DNA of 61,264 bases, the filler included, from Circinaria calcarea (taxonomy: Eukaryota): the NCBI GenBank assembly GCA_051942165.1. It is 8 parts of 8 records of this genome, joined end to end, with 100 filler letters (N's around TTAATTAATTAA, not from the genome) between each part and the next. Parts side by side here need not be neighbours in the genome. Positions count along the whole stretch, not along the records: positions 1 to 7,579 come from JAVECS010001290.1; positions 7,680 to 15,254 come from JAVECS010001291.1; 6 more parts are not named here. One strand, given 5' to 3'. Shown here in pieces: positions 1 to 11,802 of the stretch (positions are counted from its first letter, which is position 1; each line of letters opens with the position of its first letter). The translations under genes and the position numbers were made by a program. The notes beneath the pieces were generated by a model that saw nothing but the letters and a program-made list of their open reading frames with translations, was not told the origin of the DNA and did not search any database.

Positions 1-186
1 GGACAATGTGACAATTTTCTTCTCTCCTAGGTAGATAGATATTTTCCATCCATCTATCCGTCCATCTATCCACTTAGCCCCCCATTCTATTCCAACCAAC
101 CCCACACAAAAAAAAGTTCCCCGAGAGCAAGAAAGCGGGAGCAAGAGTGAGAGTGAGATGGTGGGAAGGGGTGGATATTGAGAAGG

Positions 187-320
187 ATAGTATAGTATAG
201 TATAGCATCTATACCCCCGTCTGTCCGTCTGTCCGTCTGTCCGTCCGTTTGTAATCTTCATCCCCTATCCTCCTCTTTTCTCTACTCTCTACTCTCTACT
301 CTCTACTCTCCAACTCTCTC
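187..320. repeat. Cluster of microsatellites: (ATAGT)n, (CCGTCTGT)n, (CTCTA)n
   Basis: Short tandem units read directly, downstream of the dsRBD gene. Confidence 0.85.
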
Positions 321-599
321 GATTCCCTAATTCTCTGCGACAATCCATCATCACCCATCCCCCATTCCACCCCCCCTCTAAAAACCAAACCTTCCCTCCA
401 GTAGCCTGCTCCTTCTTCCCCTCTACCACCTCGCCCTTTTTTTTTGCCCGCCTCCGCCACGAAGAGGGGGATTTTCAGTCATCCATGCATCAATCGTGAA
501 ACCTCGTATCCGTCATATCTCGTAAATCCGACAAACCCCTAGCCTCTCATCCCTCTCATCCTCCCATCCTCCCATCCTCCCATGCTCTCTCCTCGGCCC

Positions 600-2013
600 C
601 TACTCCCCTTCCGCCAGCGATCCCGCCTCCAACTCACCTTCACCCAACCTCCTCCTCCTCAGCCCTTCCAAAAAAAACCACACCCCCTTGGCGCACTCCT
701 CCTTCGCACGCCGCCTCCCAAAGACATGTCTCACCTCCCCCACGGGGCCTTCCGCATCCACCACGCCCGAAAAACACGCGGCCCCGCTGTAGAAGTTGGT
801 CGCGATCTCGTCGGGCTGGAGGCGGTACTCGGGCGGCGGGAGGCCGAGGAGCGGGTAGAGAGCGTTGACGCGCTGGCCCCAAGATTGGGCGCTCTCGTCG
901 TGGACGTCCGCCGTAGCTGAAGTGGAGGTCGGGGTGGCAGTTGAGGTGGCGGCTTTGGGAACGGGGTTCAAGCGCGCACGTTTGGCGGATTTGTGATGAG
1001 GGGGGATGACGCCGTCCGGGAGAAGGTAGCCGGCGGAGATGAGATGGGTGATGGCAGCTTGGGCGGCAGCGGCTTTTGCGGCCTTTTTGGTGGGATGGGG
1101 GGTTGTGCGGGAGCCGAACGGGGTAGGGGATTGGGCTATGGTTACTTCGGAGGCGAAGGAGGAGCCGAGGGTGAATTCTGTGAATGTAGGGGCCGGGGTG
1201 GTGTGGGTGGAGGTTAGGGAGTGGAACTCTGTTGGGGGAAGGGGTTAGTAGGGGTTTTTTTGTGTCAGGAGGGGATTTGGCATCGAGGGAGGTTGAAGGT
1301 GATTGTTGGGTTTGCGGAGTTGAGAAGAAGATACGAATCTACTTACCCAGTAGCTTTCCCACCCAATTCTCTGTGCCGGTTGTCGAGTCCGCTGACGGTT
1401 TTTGAGAGCGCATATCCCGGACGAGCTCGCATCCCCTGGCTGCCAGGGATTGTCGGGCATCCTTTTTGTTGGCCTCACTGGTCTCCAAAGTAATGGTCGC
1501 TCCACCGACGGTGAGTGTGCCGCGGAATTTTTGGCTCATTATGGGATCCTCTTTGATGTCGAACTCGGGTACGAGGCCCCTTTCTTGGCACATTTGGAAC
1601 AGCAAGGTGACGTGGTGAGAGGATTTGGGCCCTCCAACCTGAATGGGTTCTGAATTCTTGAGCGTAGATCCATTCGAAGAGGCTTGCGACGACGTGGTTG
1701 TGGGCTTTGAAGCGCCGGGTGCGAACTTCTTCTCGGGAAAGTTCTGATTGGCGGGATCGTTCAAGTAGGCATCTATATCATGGACGGAATAGTGACCTTG
1801 GGCTTCCGAGCTCGAGGCTGCGGTTGGGTTTTCGGGTTTGGATGACTTTCCTGAGCCTGAGCTGTCGTATGTGTTGGTCAGATACGTCTGCTGGGTGGAA
1901 GCGGCTTGGCTGACTCGCGGAGAGGATTGAGTTGGGGAATGAGAAGAGTAGGTGGAGTGAAAGGACTCTTGGGAGCTATTTGGAAGCACGAGGGACGAGA
2001 GAAGATCGGCCAT
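600..2013 (-). CDS. Protein with three double-stranded RNA-binding-like domains, 2 exons (intron 1229-1346)
   Basis: ATG at 2013 (MADLLSSL). GTAAGT donor, TACTAAC branch and CAG acceptor join ENWVGKLL-E-FHSL in frame. Three dsRBM-like units end in basic/Ala helices: NKKDARQSLAARG, TKKAAKAAAAQAA, GRRRAKEECAKGV. TAG at 600-602. Confidence 0.75.
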
Positions 2014-2368
2014 TATGACTACGTGGAAAGTGACGTTGTAGGGTAACGAGGAACGGTGCAAAAAGGGTTTCGGCCTGGAAAGGGTTTCGGCCTGGAAAGG
2101 GTCGAGATTCGGATATGAGATGTGGAAGTGAAGTCGGGCCCGTCAATGCATGCAAGAGCCCGTTGCGATAAAGGATGAATGTTCTATCAAAGTGACCAAT
2201 GAGAGCTAGAAGGTGGAATGTGCAGTACGTTCAGTGATCAGATGCACCATCTACTTGACCATGATGGGTTACCACAAGGTTAAAGAAAGGGGTTTATTTA
2301 GGGAGATGTGAATGGTTCTTAGCGAATCTTTTTCAATCAAACTAGTGCGAAGCAATTCAGTAACATTC

Positions 2369-2666
2369 AGGAGGTTTCGCTGGATTTTTGTTATGTTAAA
2401 CTAATGTAATGTAGGCTCGGAATAACTATATTCCAGCCAATTCATACCCTGCTCGCAAAAGAACCCTTGTCTAGTATAACGTAGCTCCGATGTTATGAAC
2501 ATCGGAGCTACGTTATATTAGTGGACCTATTCTGGCCAATACGAAGGGGCAGATTCCGCTTGAGCAGGGTATGCCTGGCAGACGAGCCTTACTATACTAA
2601 GCTAGAGTATCGGTGCCGGCCTTCCGTACATAACAAATTTCTTACAAAAATCCAGCGAAGCCTCCT
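2369..2666. mobile_element. MITE/fold-back element with 23-bp terminal inverted repeats and nested internal inverted repeats
   Basis: AGGAGGTTTCGCTGGATTTTTGT (2369-2391) vs ACAAAAATCCAGCGAAGCCTCCT (2644-2666), 1 mismatch. Inner CATACCCTGCTC/GAGCAGGGTATG. Central perfect 20-bp stem 2475-2494/2498-2517. No coding capacity. Confidence 0.7.
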
Positions 2667-2879
2667 AATTAATGCATTAATTACTACGTACACTACTTGA
2701 AGGTCTATACATCCGAGCCTCAGGTTGTCTCTTGCCCTCGAGTCCTAGTGTACCGGGTATATTGCAAGCTACCCATATAAACCCAAACGCCGTAACTATC
2801 GATACCTGAGAATTAAATCTCTACTCATTTTCGACAAACGACCACGTTGACGAGGCATCTGCATGGACGCGAACACAAT

Positions 2880-4520
2880 TCAGTGGAGTCGCAGGGGTAC
2901 CTGTCCAATTTGCGGGTATCTTTCCGGCTCTACGTCTCTCCCAGACTCCTGACCTCCAGAAGTTGAATATCCCGGTGGATCCACGTTTCGTGAGCTTGAG
3001 TTACTCGAACTTGCTCGCGCCAGGTCCGCCCTTTCCAAATACTCCGGACTCGGGGGTCCCATGTTTCGGGGTAGCAAAGTTTGATCTACCTCCCTCGCCG
3101 CAATAGCCTGTGCCTCCGCTTCGGATATTATCGGTCGAGCATCGACATTACCTTTCGCGGATATCTGTAGTGGAATTTGAAGATGTATCGTGGGAGCTAT
3201 TGCCGCTTTACCAAGAGTACCGACAGGTAGGCTAAGGTCGAGAGTGTATGTGCGAGAGATGAGGCAGGAGTGGAAAGTTGGCACGAATGTTTTAGAGTTC
3301 ACAGGGAGGTTGATAGGTACTAAAATCTGAGAAGTATAGAAGACCCTGGCAACAGGGGCCTTTGAAGGTATTGGGATGCTGTCGCTCGTGATAGAGGCCA
3401 GTGACTCCCGTCGAGGCTGTTGACTTGGTGGAATCGAAGAGTCATGGGCGGTCCATGCGACAGACTCAACGTTGCGACATGAAAGGTGTACGGTTTCACT
3501 CCAAGTCCCGTGATGTGGATCGTAGAGGAAAGTAGCGGATTTGGTAGGAAAGCTGCGAAAAGGTGCGCTGGAGTAGAATGTTCGGACCTTGAGCTTGCTG
3601 ACCAGGCTGTTTAATCGAGGTGGCCTGGCATGGTCGTGTACAGGATCAAAGCGAATGTTTATCGCCGTCATGGTGGTAACGGGACATGACCCACTTGATC
3701 TAACTGATGGAAGGCTTAGGCTCTTCGGTTGCTCTGCTTCGGCTGCCAGACGCCCAAGCTTCCCTTTGAACATCCCTTTTTTAACGTCTTTCTCTTTTCT
3801 GAGACAGTAGCCGGAACCTTTGACACCTAGCACCGCCAGCGGTGGCTGTATTTCGCTTGCCGGTATAATTCGCAATTTTTGAACGCTGTCAGCAATCAGG
3901 CAAGGTTTGTCTCCGCAACCTTGACGTCGGGTGACAATCACTCGTAAGGCGTACGACACCAGAGCCATCTTTGGAGCTAAGTCATCCAGCAAGGTAGTCC
4001 CATTTCCTGAGATGACTGGATCCCCCAAGCTGGGGGGAAGTGCCAGATGTGCATTGTGAACGCCTTCATGGTCTCGCGGATGGGTGCATGAGTGGGGAAG
4101 GAGATGCTCTGGAACGACGAAAGTAAAGGGGAATCTATAGGTTTGCCCAGCCTCAAGAACTCGATCCGGAGGTAGGGCGGCTCCGTCAATCGGCTGGAAG
4201 AGTTTTAGGAAATTGTGGTAGGCTTCGGTTCTTGGGCAGGACGAAGGGGCAGTCGTGATGGCATCAACAAAGGTTTTGGACGTTCCTTGGAAGGTAATGT
4301 GAATGTCTTCGAAGCCAAGGTCGTTCAGAGCGGTGATGGATACAAAGCCCTCAATCTTGTCCAGGGTGGTATATGAGGGTACAAAAGAGTATTGCTGGTC
4401 ATCGGTCAGGATGATCTTGATCATCAGCTTGCTTTTCTGGAAGCTGGCCCCCCTGCCGACGCCCAGTGCTTCGCCTGACTTGACAGGTAAGAGAGAGCGG
4501 AGGGTAATGGATGGAGCCAT
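2880..4520 (-). CDS. Alpha-arrestin (arrestin-N domain, PY motif), single exon
   Basis: Long ORF with arrestin-type motifs YTTLDKIEGFVSI, GQTYRFPFTFVVP, LPPSLGD and FVPTFHSCLISRTY; C-terminal PPGY (PPxY) motif. Confidence 0.8.
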   Translation of the reverse strand: MAPSITLRSLLPVKSGEALGVGRGASFQKSKLMIKIILTDDQQYSFVPSYTTLDKIEGFVSITALNDLGFEDIHITFQGTSKTFVDAITTAPSSCPRTEAYHNFLKLFQPIDGAALPPDRVLEAGQTYRFPFTFVVPEHLLPHSCTHPRDHEGVHNAHLALPPSLGDPVISGNGTTLLDDLAPKMALVSYALRVIVTRRQGCGDKPCLIADSVQKLRIIPASEIQPPLAVLGVKGSGYCLRKEKDVKKGMFKGKLGRLAAEAEQPKSLSLPSVRSSGSCPVTTMTAINIRFDPVHDHARPPRLNSLVSKLKVRTFYSSAPFRSFPTKSATFLYDPHHGTWSETVHLSCRNVESVAWTAHDSSIPPSQQPRRESLASITSDSIPIPSKAPVARVFYTSQILVPINLPVNSKTFVPTFHSCLISRTYTLDLSLPVGTLGKAAIAPTIHLQIPLQISAKGNVDARPIISEAEAQAIAAREVDQTLLPRNMGPPSPEYLERADLARASSSNSSSRNVDPPGYSTSGGQESGRDVEPERYPQIGQVPLRLH

Positions 4521-4970
4521 GTGAGCCAGAGAAGGAATGGTGTCGTAATACCAGAGCGAAAAATCTATGACAGGGAACAATAAACAACTCCCGAGGATAA
4601 GGAGAGGTCAATGGCAATCCGGAATTTATAGATAGCGGTCACATCCGGTCAATTGGGTCGTGTCTGTGTCTTGCATCACACAGTGACAAAGGCCGTGAGG
4701 CAGGATATCCTACCACCTTAAGTCCCAGCTCCATCTTGAGGACGCCCTTCCTATGGCGGCACCACCACGCCCTTCACCAGCAAACCTGAGTCACATATCA
4801 GTATTATGATTAGTATTATTATTAAGAAAGCGGAACGTGGAGAAAAGCCAGGCGATATCGGTGACAGGGGGGGTGACGCCCAATCATGCAGCCCGAAAGG
4901 GTTTAAGGTACCAGTAGCGAACGCTTCACTCTCTTCAAAGTTAGCACGTGTAGCCTCCCTGCCGGTTTAT

Positions 4971-5010
4971 CGGAGTTCACCCATCCGGAGTTCACCCTCG
5001 GAGTTCACCC
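4971..5010. repeat. Three copies of CGGAGTTCACCC upstream of the arrestin gene
   Basis: Copies at 4971-4982, 4986-4997 and 4999-5010. Confidence 0.8.
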
Positions 5011-5639
5011 ATCACCCCGTCCCTTCCCCATGAGACCTTTTATGGTTTACTTCCATGAAGCTCTCCCATCAGCTGACAGAACGTGGCTGGCACCGGTCAG
5101 ATTATAGGGCAACCTCTCCCCCCCAGAGACCAATAGCCTAATTACCTGAGTGGAAGAACAAGCTGTAAGGCTATGACTGGATCCCAAAATATCCTGTCAT
5201 CGCGTGTCCAAGAAAACAACTCCAGATACGGACCTCCTGAACCTCGAGAGGTGAGATTTCTTATTGGCCGAGGAATGGTGCGGAAAGGCCTCCGCCTGTG
5301 CTTATTCAGCAATTCGGGCCTTCGACCTCGGCCGGGTCCGTGCTAGCCCTTGATCGAATACGAGGTAGATAAGGCAGCAAGGGAACCAGTCAGGTACTCG
5401 TTTATCAATAGCATCCGATGTGTCTTCGAAGCTCCGCTGGACTTTTGTCACGAGCATGTGATAGATGCGTAGAGTTAACGTTAATATTAGATTACTACGC
5501 TGTTGATGGTCTATATGGAAGTCCGATGCCTTGGAACGATCCTCTCACACACCGCGCACAATATATTACCCTGAGATACCGGAGCTACTCGAGCCATCTC
5601 TTCCCGTGACCCCCAAACGCCAGGCTACATGCCAACCTC

Positions 5640-7579
5640 CTAATCGGCTTTGATCACCCTGCAAAGGATTAGCACAGAGGCATCGTAGGTATCGACATCG
5701 ATCCAACTTGCCCATATATCCGCCGGACAAACGCATATGCAGTGAGGAACCCAACGGTTCCGGTCAACAATCCGTATACTGTGCAAGCCAACAGGCTGTA
5801 GCTGAAGAACAGCATGCCCGAGATGAAGCCTTGGATGTTGAGCTTGGTGAAGTAGTACCACATGCAGTAGGCGAAGATCCAAATGGCACTTCCGCCGCCG
5901 ATGAAGAATGATTGCCACCACCAATGGTAGTTCTGCCGACATTAGGAGTGCCGAGGGTCGCTCTCGGATCTTGAAGACTCACCTCTGCACACAGTTGCAC
6001 GTATATAGCAACGATCGTCACTTCGGCGACGGTAATAATCAAAACAAGGCTGACTACACTGAGAAAACCAAAGGCATAGTAATAGCCGCTCTTGTCCTGC
6101 CATAAGCTACGGAAAACGAACAGGAGCTCAATGAAAATGACGGCGAAGGGCACCAAGCCCGCAAGCAGGACTGTGTAAATATTTTTGGTATACCATGCTT
6201 GCTCAGGCACCTGGCGTGGTATACTATTCGTTTTGGTAGGATGTTCCCATGGCTGACTGTGATGATAACCAAGCCAACTACCCGCGTATACCAGGGGCAC
6301 TTGGATCAGAAGCCAAAGCGCAGCGAGGCCGACAAGCGTACCGAATGGTAATGCCGTACTGGAAGCCTGCGCCCAGACGAACAAATTAAGGACGAAAATG
6401 GTTGTGAACAGATGACCAGGGAAGAGTAACGCTGTCTTTGCTATGTCAGTGAGGGTTACCCAGAGGAGTGGAGGAAACACGACTCACCATGAGCGTGTTC
6501 TTCCTCCAGTTCTTGCCTCCGAACGTCTTGTATACTCTGCCAGAGAAGTAACCAGAAAATATCCCGGCAAAAATGAAGAGTCCCATTCCGACACTCACGA
6601 AGCCACCCCTGAAGCTAGGATTCAGCACGCCTAGGCTACTTAGTATTAGTAGCCCAGTGGTCATGAAGACAAGCTGTGTCCCAGATCCAATCAGGGGTGC
6701 AAAGAGACCTGCGTACGCCGGGCTTCGAAAGACGTCCCCATGAAGGAGCTTCCAGCCGGTGATATCCTCAATAGACTCTTCATCTGATGAGCTGTTGTCG
6801 TCGTGGTCTGCACCTCCGTTTTGTTCGAGTAAACTGCTTCTGCCTTTCTCTCCTAGCCCTGGCGACCTTGATCCGGTCCTCGATTTCTTGCGCCTGACTC
6901 TGATTTTCCCTTCTTCTGCAGAGCCGTCCTTGGTAGATTTGGGGTCTCCATGTACGATTCGGTTCCATATCATGACTACGACGGCCGTGAGCATGCAAGA
7001 AATTCCCAAGGAGTTTAGAATGGCCAGCCAGTGAATCCTCGAACTTTCTTCCTGGTTCTTAAAGTACATATCCCACCGATTGGCCCAGTCTACCCTTGTG
7101 TCCTCGCGGAAATATACGGCATAAGAGAAAGGGATCGTTAGAGTCGATCCGTCATCGATGTCGTCCTGCTCTGGTAGATATGACGAAAAAGGGTATTTGC
7201 TTGCAAGGTTGGTGTTGTTTGGCGCAATGTATAGTTCCATGCCTTGGTCGACATTGTGAACATCTTGTGGACAACCTGTGTCTTTTCTATCTTCTGTGCC
7301 AATACTCTTCGTGTAGACCTCAAATCCAACAATCACTTTGCCGCCATTGTTTCCGGCTTTGCCAGGCGCTTTCCGCCAACGCAGGACAAGGGTTATATGA
7401 TTGTTGATGAAGTATCGTGGCTTCCCGGTAGTGGGCGAAAAGTCCTTGTACCCCATTTTGAAGCCGGCTGCATAATATTTCTGGGTTCTGTCCACGGTGA
7501 CGAAGCTGGTTGCGCCAGGAAGGTTATCGACGATCCACTCGGCCACATAGCCGTCTTCAACTAGCTGTTGAGCGCGCTT
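5640..7579 (-). CDS. Transmembrane-9 superfamily (EMP70/nonaspanin) protein, 5'-truncated, multi-exon
   Basis: EWIVDNLPGAT, GWKLLHGDVFR, GLVPFAVIFIELLF, QLCAE-NYHWWWQSF; C-terminal KAD (KxD/E Golgi-retention motif); last intron 5659-5711 is GC-AG. Confidence 0.93.
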
Positions 7580-7679
7580 NNNNNNNNNNNNNNNNNNNNN
7601 NNNNNNNNNNNNNNNNNNNNNNNTTAATTAATTAANNNNNNNNNNNNNNNNNNNNNNNNNNNNNNNNNNNNNNNNNNNN
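7580..7679. other. Artificial contig linker N44-TTAATTAATTAA-N44
   Basis: Six-frame stop spacer flanked by Ns. Confidence 0.98.
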
Positions 7680-8139
7680 CCCCCCTGGAGACGGATACTC
7701 TATTTGTATAGATTGAGCCTTTTTTTTAATAAAAAAACGAACTTTCCATCCATATATCCAACGTCTTTGTGTTACTCGACGAGCTATGATTCCTATATGA
7801 GGGGGTTTCCTATGGTGCCACATTGACATCTTCGGCAACGGGCAATTGCTCACCTGCCCTCGACTGCGTGTTGGCCAAGGTGAGCGCGTTCTGTTCTAGG
7901 CGTTGGTTTGTGAACCTGGAGCGAGATACACTTGTAGTAGCGCGGGGGGTTATAGGAAAGGGGAGAGGGGAGGGAGAAGTTTTTAGCCCCTGGGATTCTT
8001 AATCCGTCCTTGGCTGGGGTGGTAAATAGAAAAGGAATAGGAAGTAAGCGAGCGGGAATCACAAGGAGGGGGGGGGGTGGGCCGCTATGCTCATATAACT
8101 CGTAAACATGCTCACCCCGTCTAAGCTGAGGGAGGTATT

Positions 8140-8827
8140 CTTCGTTTCTCTCCTCCATTCCCCTCGGGAAAACCGCCCACCCTTTTGCTTTCCACTTCTC
8201 CAGCCTACTGAACCACCTGCGTCCACACCTCCACCTGTGTCCGCATATACATCGCCAAGCCCCCTTCTATCTCATCATATGCCCGCATCCGTAGCACCAG
8301 TTCGCTGCTGCCGTCACTCGAAAACCGAGCGCCGTAACCGATAATATAGTTTACGAAGACCCGTACCCCCGTGGCGGCGTCGAAGCGGTAGAGCTCAAAG
8401 TAAACTGTGAATTTTGTATCAGCGCTGGATTGGAGAGGAGGGAAAGGGGAGCCCGGGGGTTGGGGGGGGGGGGGGATCGCATACCATCCGGCCCCGAAAC
8501 CAGCGCCATATACTTCAACGCGTACCTACCCAGCGGCAAGATAAATCGTGCCGTCTCGACATCGAGGCGGCAGGGAACGCTGGTGGGGTAGTAGCAGATG
8601 CCGTTGCCGCGGGCGGCGAGTCTGCCACCCACATTCTTGTATCCATGAGGGATTAGATGCCGTCGAGGACGGCCCTGCACGGGTCTACGCGCGGGAATGC
8701 AGTTGCGAGGGACCGGTGGGGGGGTACATTTCCCATGCACGCAGACGCTTGTGCTTGAGACGGTGGGGACGAACAAAACGAGAACGACGGTAAGGAAGAG
8801 AGAGATGGGGAAGTAGCAAGGAAGCAT
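8140..8827 (-). pseudogene. Possible decayed gene for a small secreted Cys-containing protein
   Basis: Signal-peptide-like start MLPCYFPISLFLTVVLVLFVPTVSS and an intron-like segment, but the frame needs shifts or stops to continue; 3' boundary approximate. Confidence 0.3.
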
Positions 8828-9738
8828 CAATGACGTGAGAGTTAAGATCATGCGGGCATGGATGTGAGAAGATGGGAAAAACACTTGTTTTCGGGGCATT
8901 GAACAAGGGGGGAATAAATACATGCTCTAGGGTAATCTCCTACAGGATTTCGTTTTCGGGAATTCATCGATCATAGGACCGCAATCTCCGCGCATGGTAT
9001 ATGAGACGCTTCGTCGATTAGTTTGAACACGTAATCGCCGTGGCGTATTACTCCCACTAGCGATTGTGGCGGATATAACTGCAGGGTTTCAAGAAGGTCG
9101 CGGTGCAGAGGCGAAGTTTTGAAGATATGCATGAGTGGTACATGTCCAACGGTAGGAAACACTACTACGAATAACAGTATGAAAGAAGCGGCGCGCAACA
9201 AATTCAAATTCATTCCCGGGAGAACGCTTCAGGACTGTTTTGTCACGTCGAACAGCCTTTCGGAGCTCGGCGATAATGCTTAATAATTGTAACAATCGAA
9301 TGATTCGGCAGGTGTATCCACCGTACAAGTGCCACACAAAGCAGCATTCTTGATGTGTAGTCGACTGCTAAATGGGCCAACAAAGTAATGGAACATCAAC
9401 ACTATTAGTCATAGAGCATATTCATTTGCGGAACTGCAGAAAGGTCCTGACTGGTTGTAATGAATGCATGAGAAATACAAACTGTGCTCGAAGCTGAGTA
9501 ACCACTTTGGATTATATCCTAGCCAAGGGTATCTCAATTGCCTCGCATAGACCAAAGCAATACTTGCCTACCACGTCGCAAACGCCTGCTCATGCTCATG
9601 CTCCAGGCCACATGAGCAGCCCTAGCGAGCCATTACCTATCGTCCACAAACCCAGTTTCGAGTTGTCCGCAGTGGCCCATTGTTTCCAGCTCGCACCATA
9701 TCATTACTTCCACATAACAATCCCAGCCGATGTCTTTT

Positions 9739-9916
9739 TCAGCGAAAGCAGTTGAGCTTCCCGAGAGAGAACCTCCAGGGAGCGCGGCGAACTCCATTCT
9801 TGTCCGCAATGACTGCAAAGGTATCAGTATTTGAAGATATCGCAGGGCTTGGAAGAAGACGTACTCCCTCCACCAAAATGCTTCCCGCCAAAACCTTTGC
9901 TGTAGAAGAAAGGCAT
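9739..9916 (-). CDS. Spliced 41-aa cationic microprotein MPFFYSKGFGGKHFGGGIIADKNGVRRAPWRFSLGKLNCFR
   Basis: CAACATG start; exon1 9916-9865; 52-nt intron 9813-9864 (GTACGT..CTGAT..TTGCAG); exon2 9812-9739 ends TGA; 126 nt in frame. Confidence 0.7.
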
Positions 9917-10527
9917 GTTGGTTGTAAGAGGTGTGATGTGACGTTGAGAGTGTGCTTACTGTTGAAGCGAAAGGTTAGGACTGCTTCATCATGTCACAAG
10001 AAACGCCATGGGGATCCATACCTGCTTAGCCAGACGATGGATTTGTAACAAGGTGCTGGAGATGATTCTTTTTGATGGTGGTGAGGGTAATGGACGTTTT
10101 GATGATGAGGGAAAGAGGAAGTGGAATTGTGCCACCAAATCAGTCCAAGACGCGAAACCGGAATTCACGCCAAGTGCTTAGCGTGGAGGGTGCGATCGGT
10201 GGAACTCGTGTGAGCTCGGACCACTTCGAAATCCGCAAGAGATATTCCTTTGGCTCGAACATCCAAGGCGCTTGAGATAACAGGCAGCTGTTTCTTGGAA
10301 ACTGTGGATGAAAGCTCTCAAGTTACTAATCTTATATGAGGAGAGGAGACCGGAAGGAGTCTGCGCTTGTACGCAGGGTGGGGTGCTTATTTGTGACAGT
10401 CCCATAATGGAATGGTACTCTAGAATTATTCCGCCGGTTTGCTCCCTGGTCAAGACACAAGAATGGGCTTGTACAATTCTACTCTGGTCGATAGGACAAA
10501 GGCGGTTCGATGACCGGAAGGGACTCA

Positions 10528-11802
10528 TTAGCCCTCCTTCATTCTCTTGGCTTGACGGCCGCCAAAGCTATCATCAGGTAACCCGCCTCTCTTCGTCCCA
10601 GGCAGACTACTTGTGGATATGTCGTTGTCGTCCTGGGTCACTCTCCTGTGCGGGTACTGAGTTGTCATTCCTTCGAAGCAGTTTGCGCTGACCTTCTCCC
10701 CGTTCGACGAGAAATATGGATGTTGCAGTGCATCCCGTGCAGTGATTCGCCTCTCGGGATCGTAATCAAGCAACTTTGAAAGTAGATCAAACCCTTGATG
10801 ACCGGGATTCCCTGACGGCAGTGATTCTTGGTATCCTGCATTCTTAAGAGTGTTCCAGTACCAGGCCTCAAGCCCAGAGGATTTGCTATTCGTCATGTCG
10901 CGTGATGGGTATGAGAGGATTTGGAGTTGGCTATGCTCTGGTTGATGAAGGAGGCCTGGCCATTTCTCTTTGGTCGGCATTCCGAGGATGTCTACAATCT
11001 TTTGCATTTGGTTTCGCTGAAAGGGCACTGTCTTTTTACTATCCATCTTGACTTCTTCGCCTTTGAAGATCGGCCGCAGAGAGAGGAGCTCAGCAAAAAT
11101 ACATCCGACCGCCCATAGATCGACCGCTGGTGTGTAATGCTTACTTCCCAAAAGCAGCTCCGGGGCACGATACCAAATGGTAACAACGACCTTGTCTCCG
11201 TTGAAAAGAGAATGGAGTGGTTTGTAGAAGAGGCGAGCAAGGCCGAGATCGCCGATCCGTACCTCGCCTTTAGACGTCACCATAATGTTTGCAGGCTTAA
11301 GATCTCTATGAAGAACCCAGTTGGTGTGAAGGTAGAGTAGGCCATTGAGAAGTTGGAAGAGAATTGATTTGACAGTGGGCGCTGAGATTGGATGACGGGT
11401 GGGCTGCGTGTGGTGGTGGATAATTTGCAGAAGATCATGTTCGGCGTACTCAAAGACCATGAAGATGCACTTGTCCTCGAGGATAATCTCCACCAGATGG
11501 ATGACGTTTGGATGAGATAGCTCCGAGCACAAGGCCATTTCCCGGCAAGCCGATTGCGAGATGCCGGTATACTGTATGACCTCGCCTTCTTTGTCCGGTT
11601 TGAATCTAAAATAACACTCAGACTGGTGATACCGATCTCACCATGATACAGGAAGATCCTACTTCTTAATGGCAAACTCCCCCGACTGGCCATTCCTGCC
11701 AATAGCCTTGTAAACTCGTCCATAGGTACCGCTGCTGATGAAGCCAACGACCTTGTACCGTTCATGAACCCGTACTTTGCTGATGTAGCCACTGGAGGGC
11801 AT
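10528..11802 (-). CDS. SSN3: Mediator-associated cyclin-dependent kinase Ssn3/Srb10/CDK8, 2 exons (intron 11606-11662)
   Basis: GFISSGTYGRVYKA, GISQSACREMALC (CDK8 SxSACRE), HRDLKPANIMV, GDLGLAR, VVTIWYRAPELLLG. Confidence 0.95.

Noticed and set aside
2064..2101. Two-copy ~18-bp tandem duplication (AAGGGTTTCGGCCTGGA) in the dsRBD 5' region
   Set aside because: Simple slippage is sufficient; no evidence of function
7624..7635. Recurring TTAATTAATTAA palindrome every ~7.67 kb
   Set aside because: Always inside N runs; an artificial six-frame-stop linker, not biology
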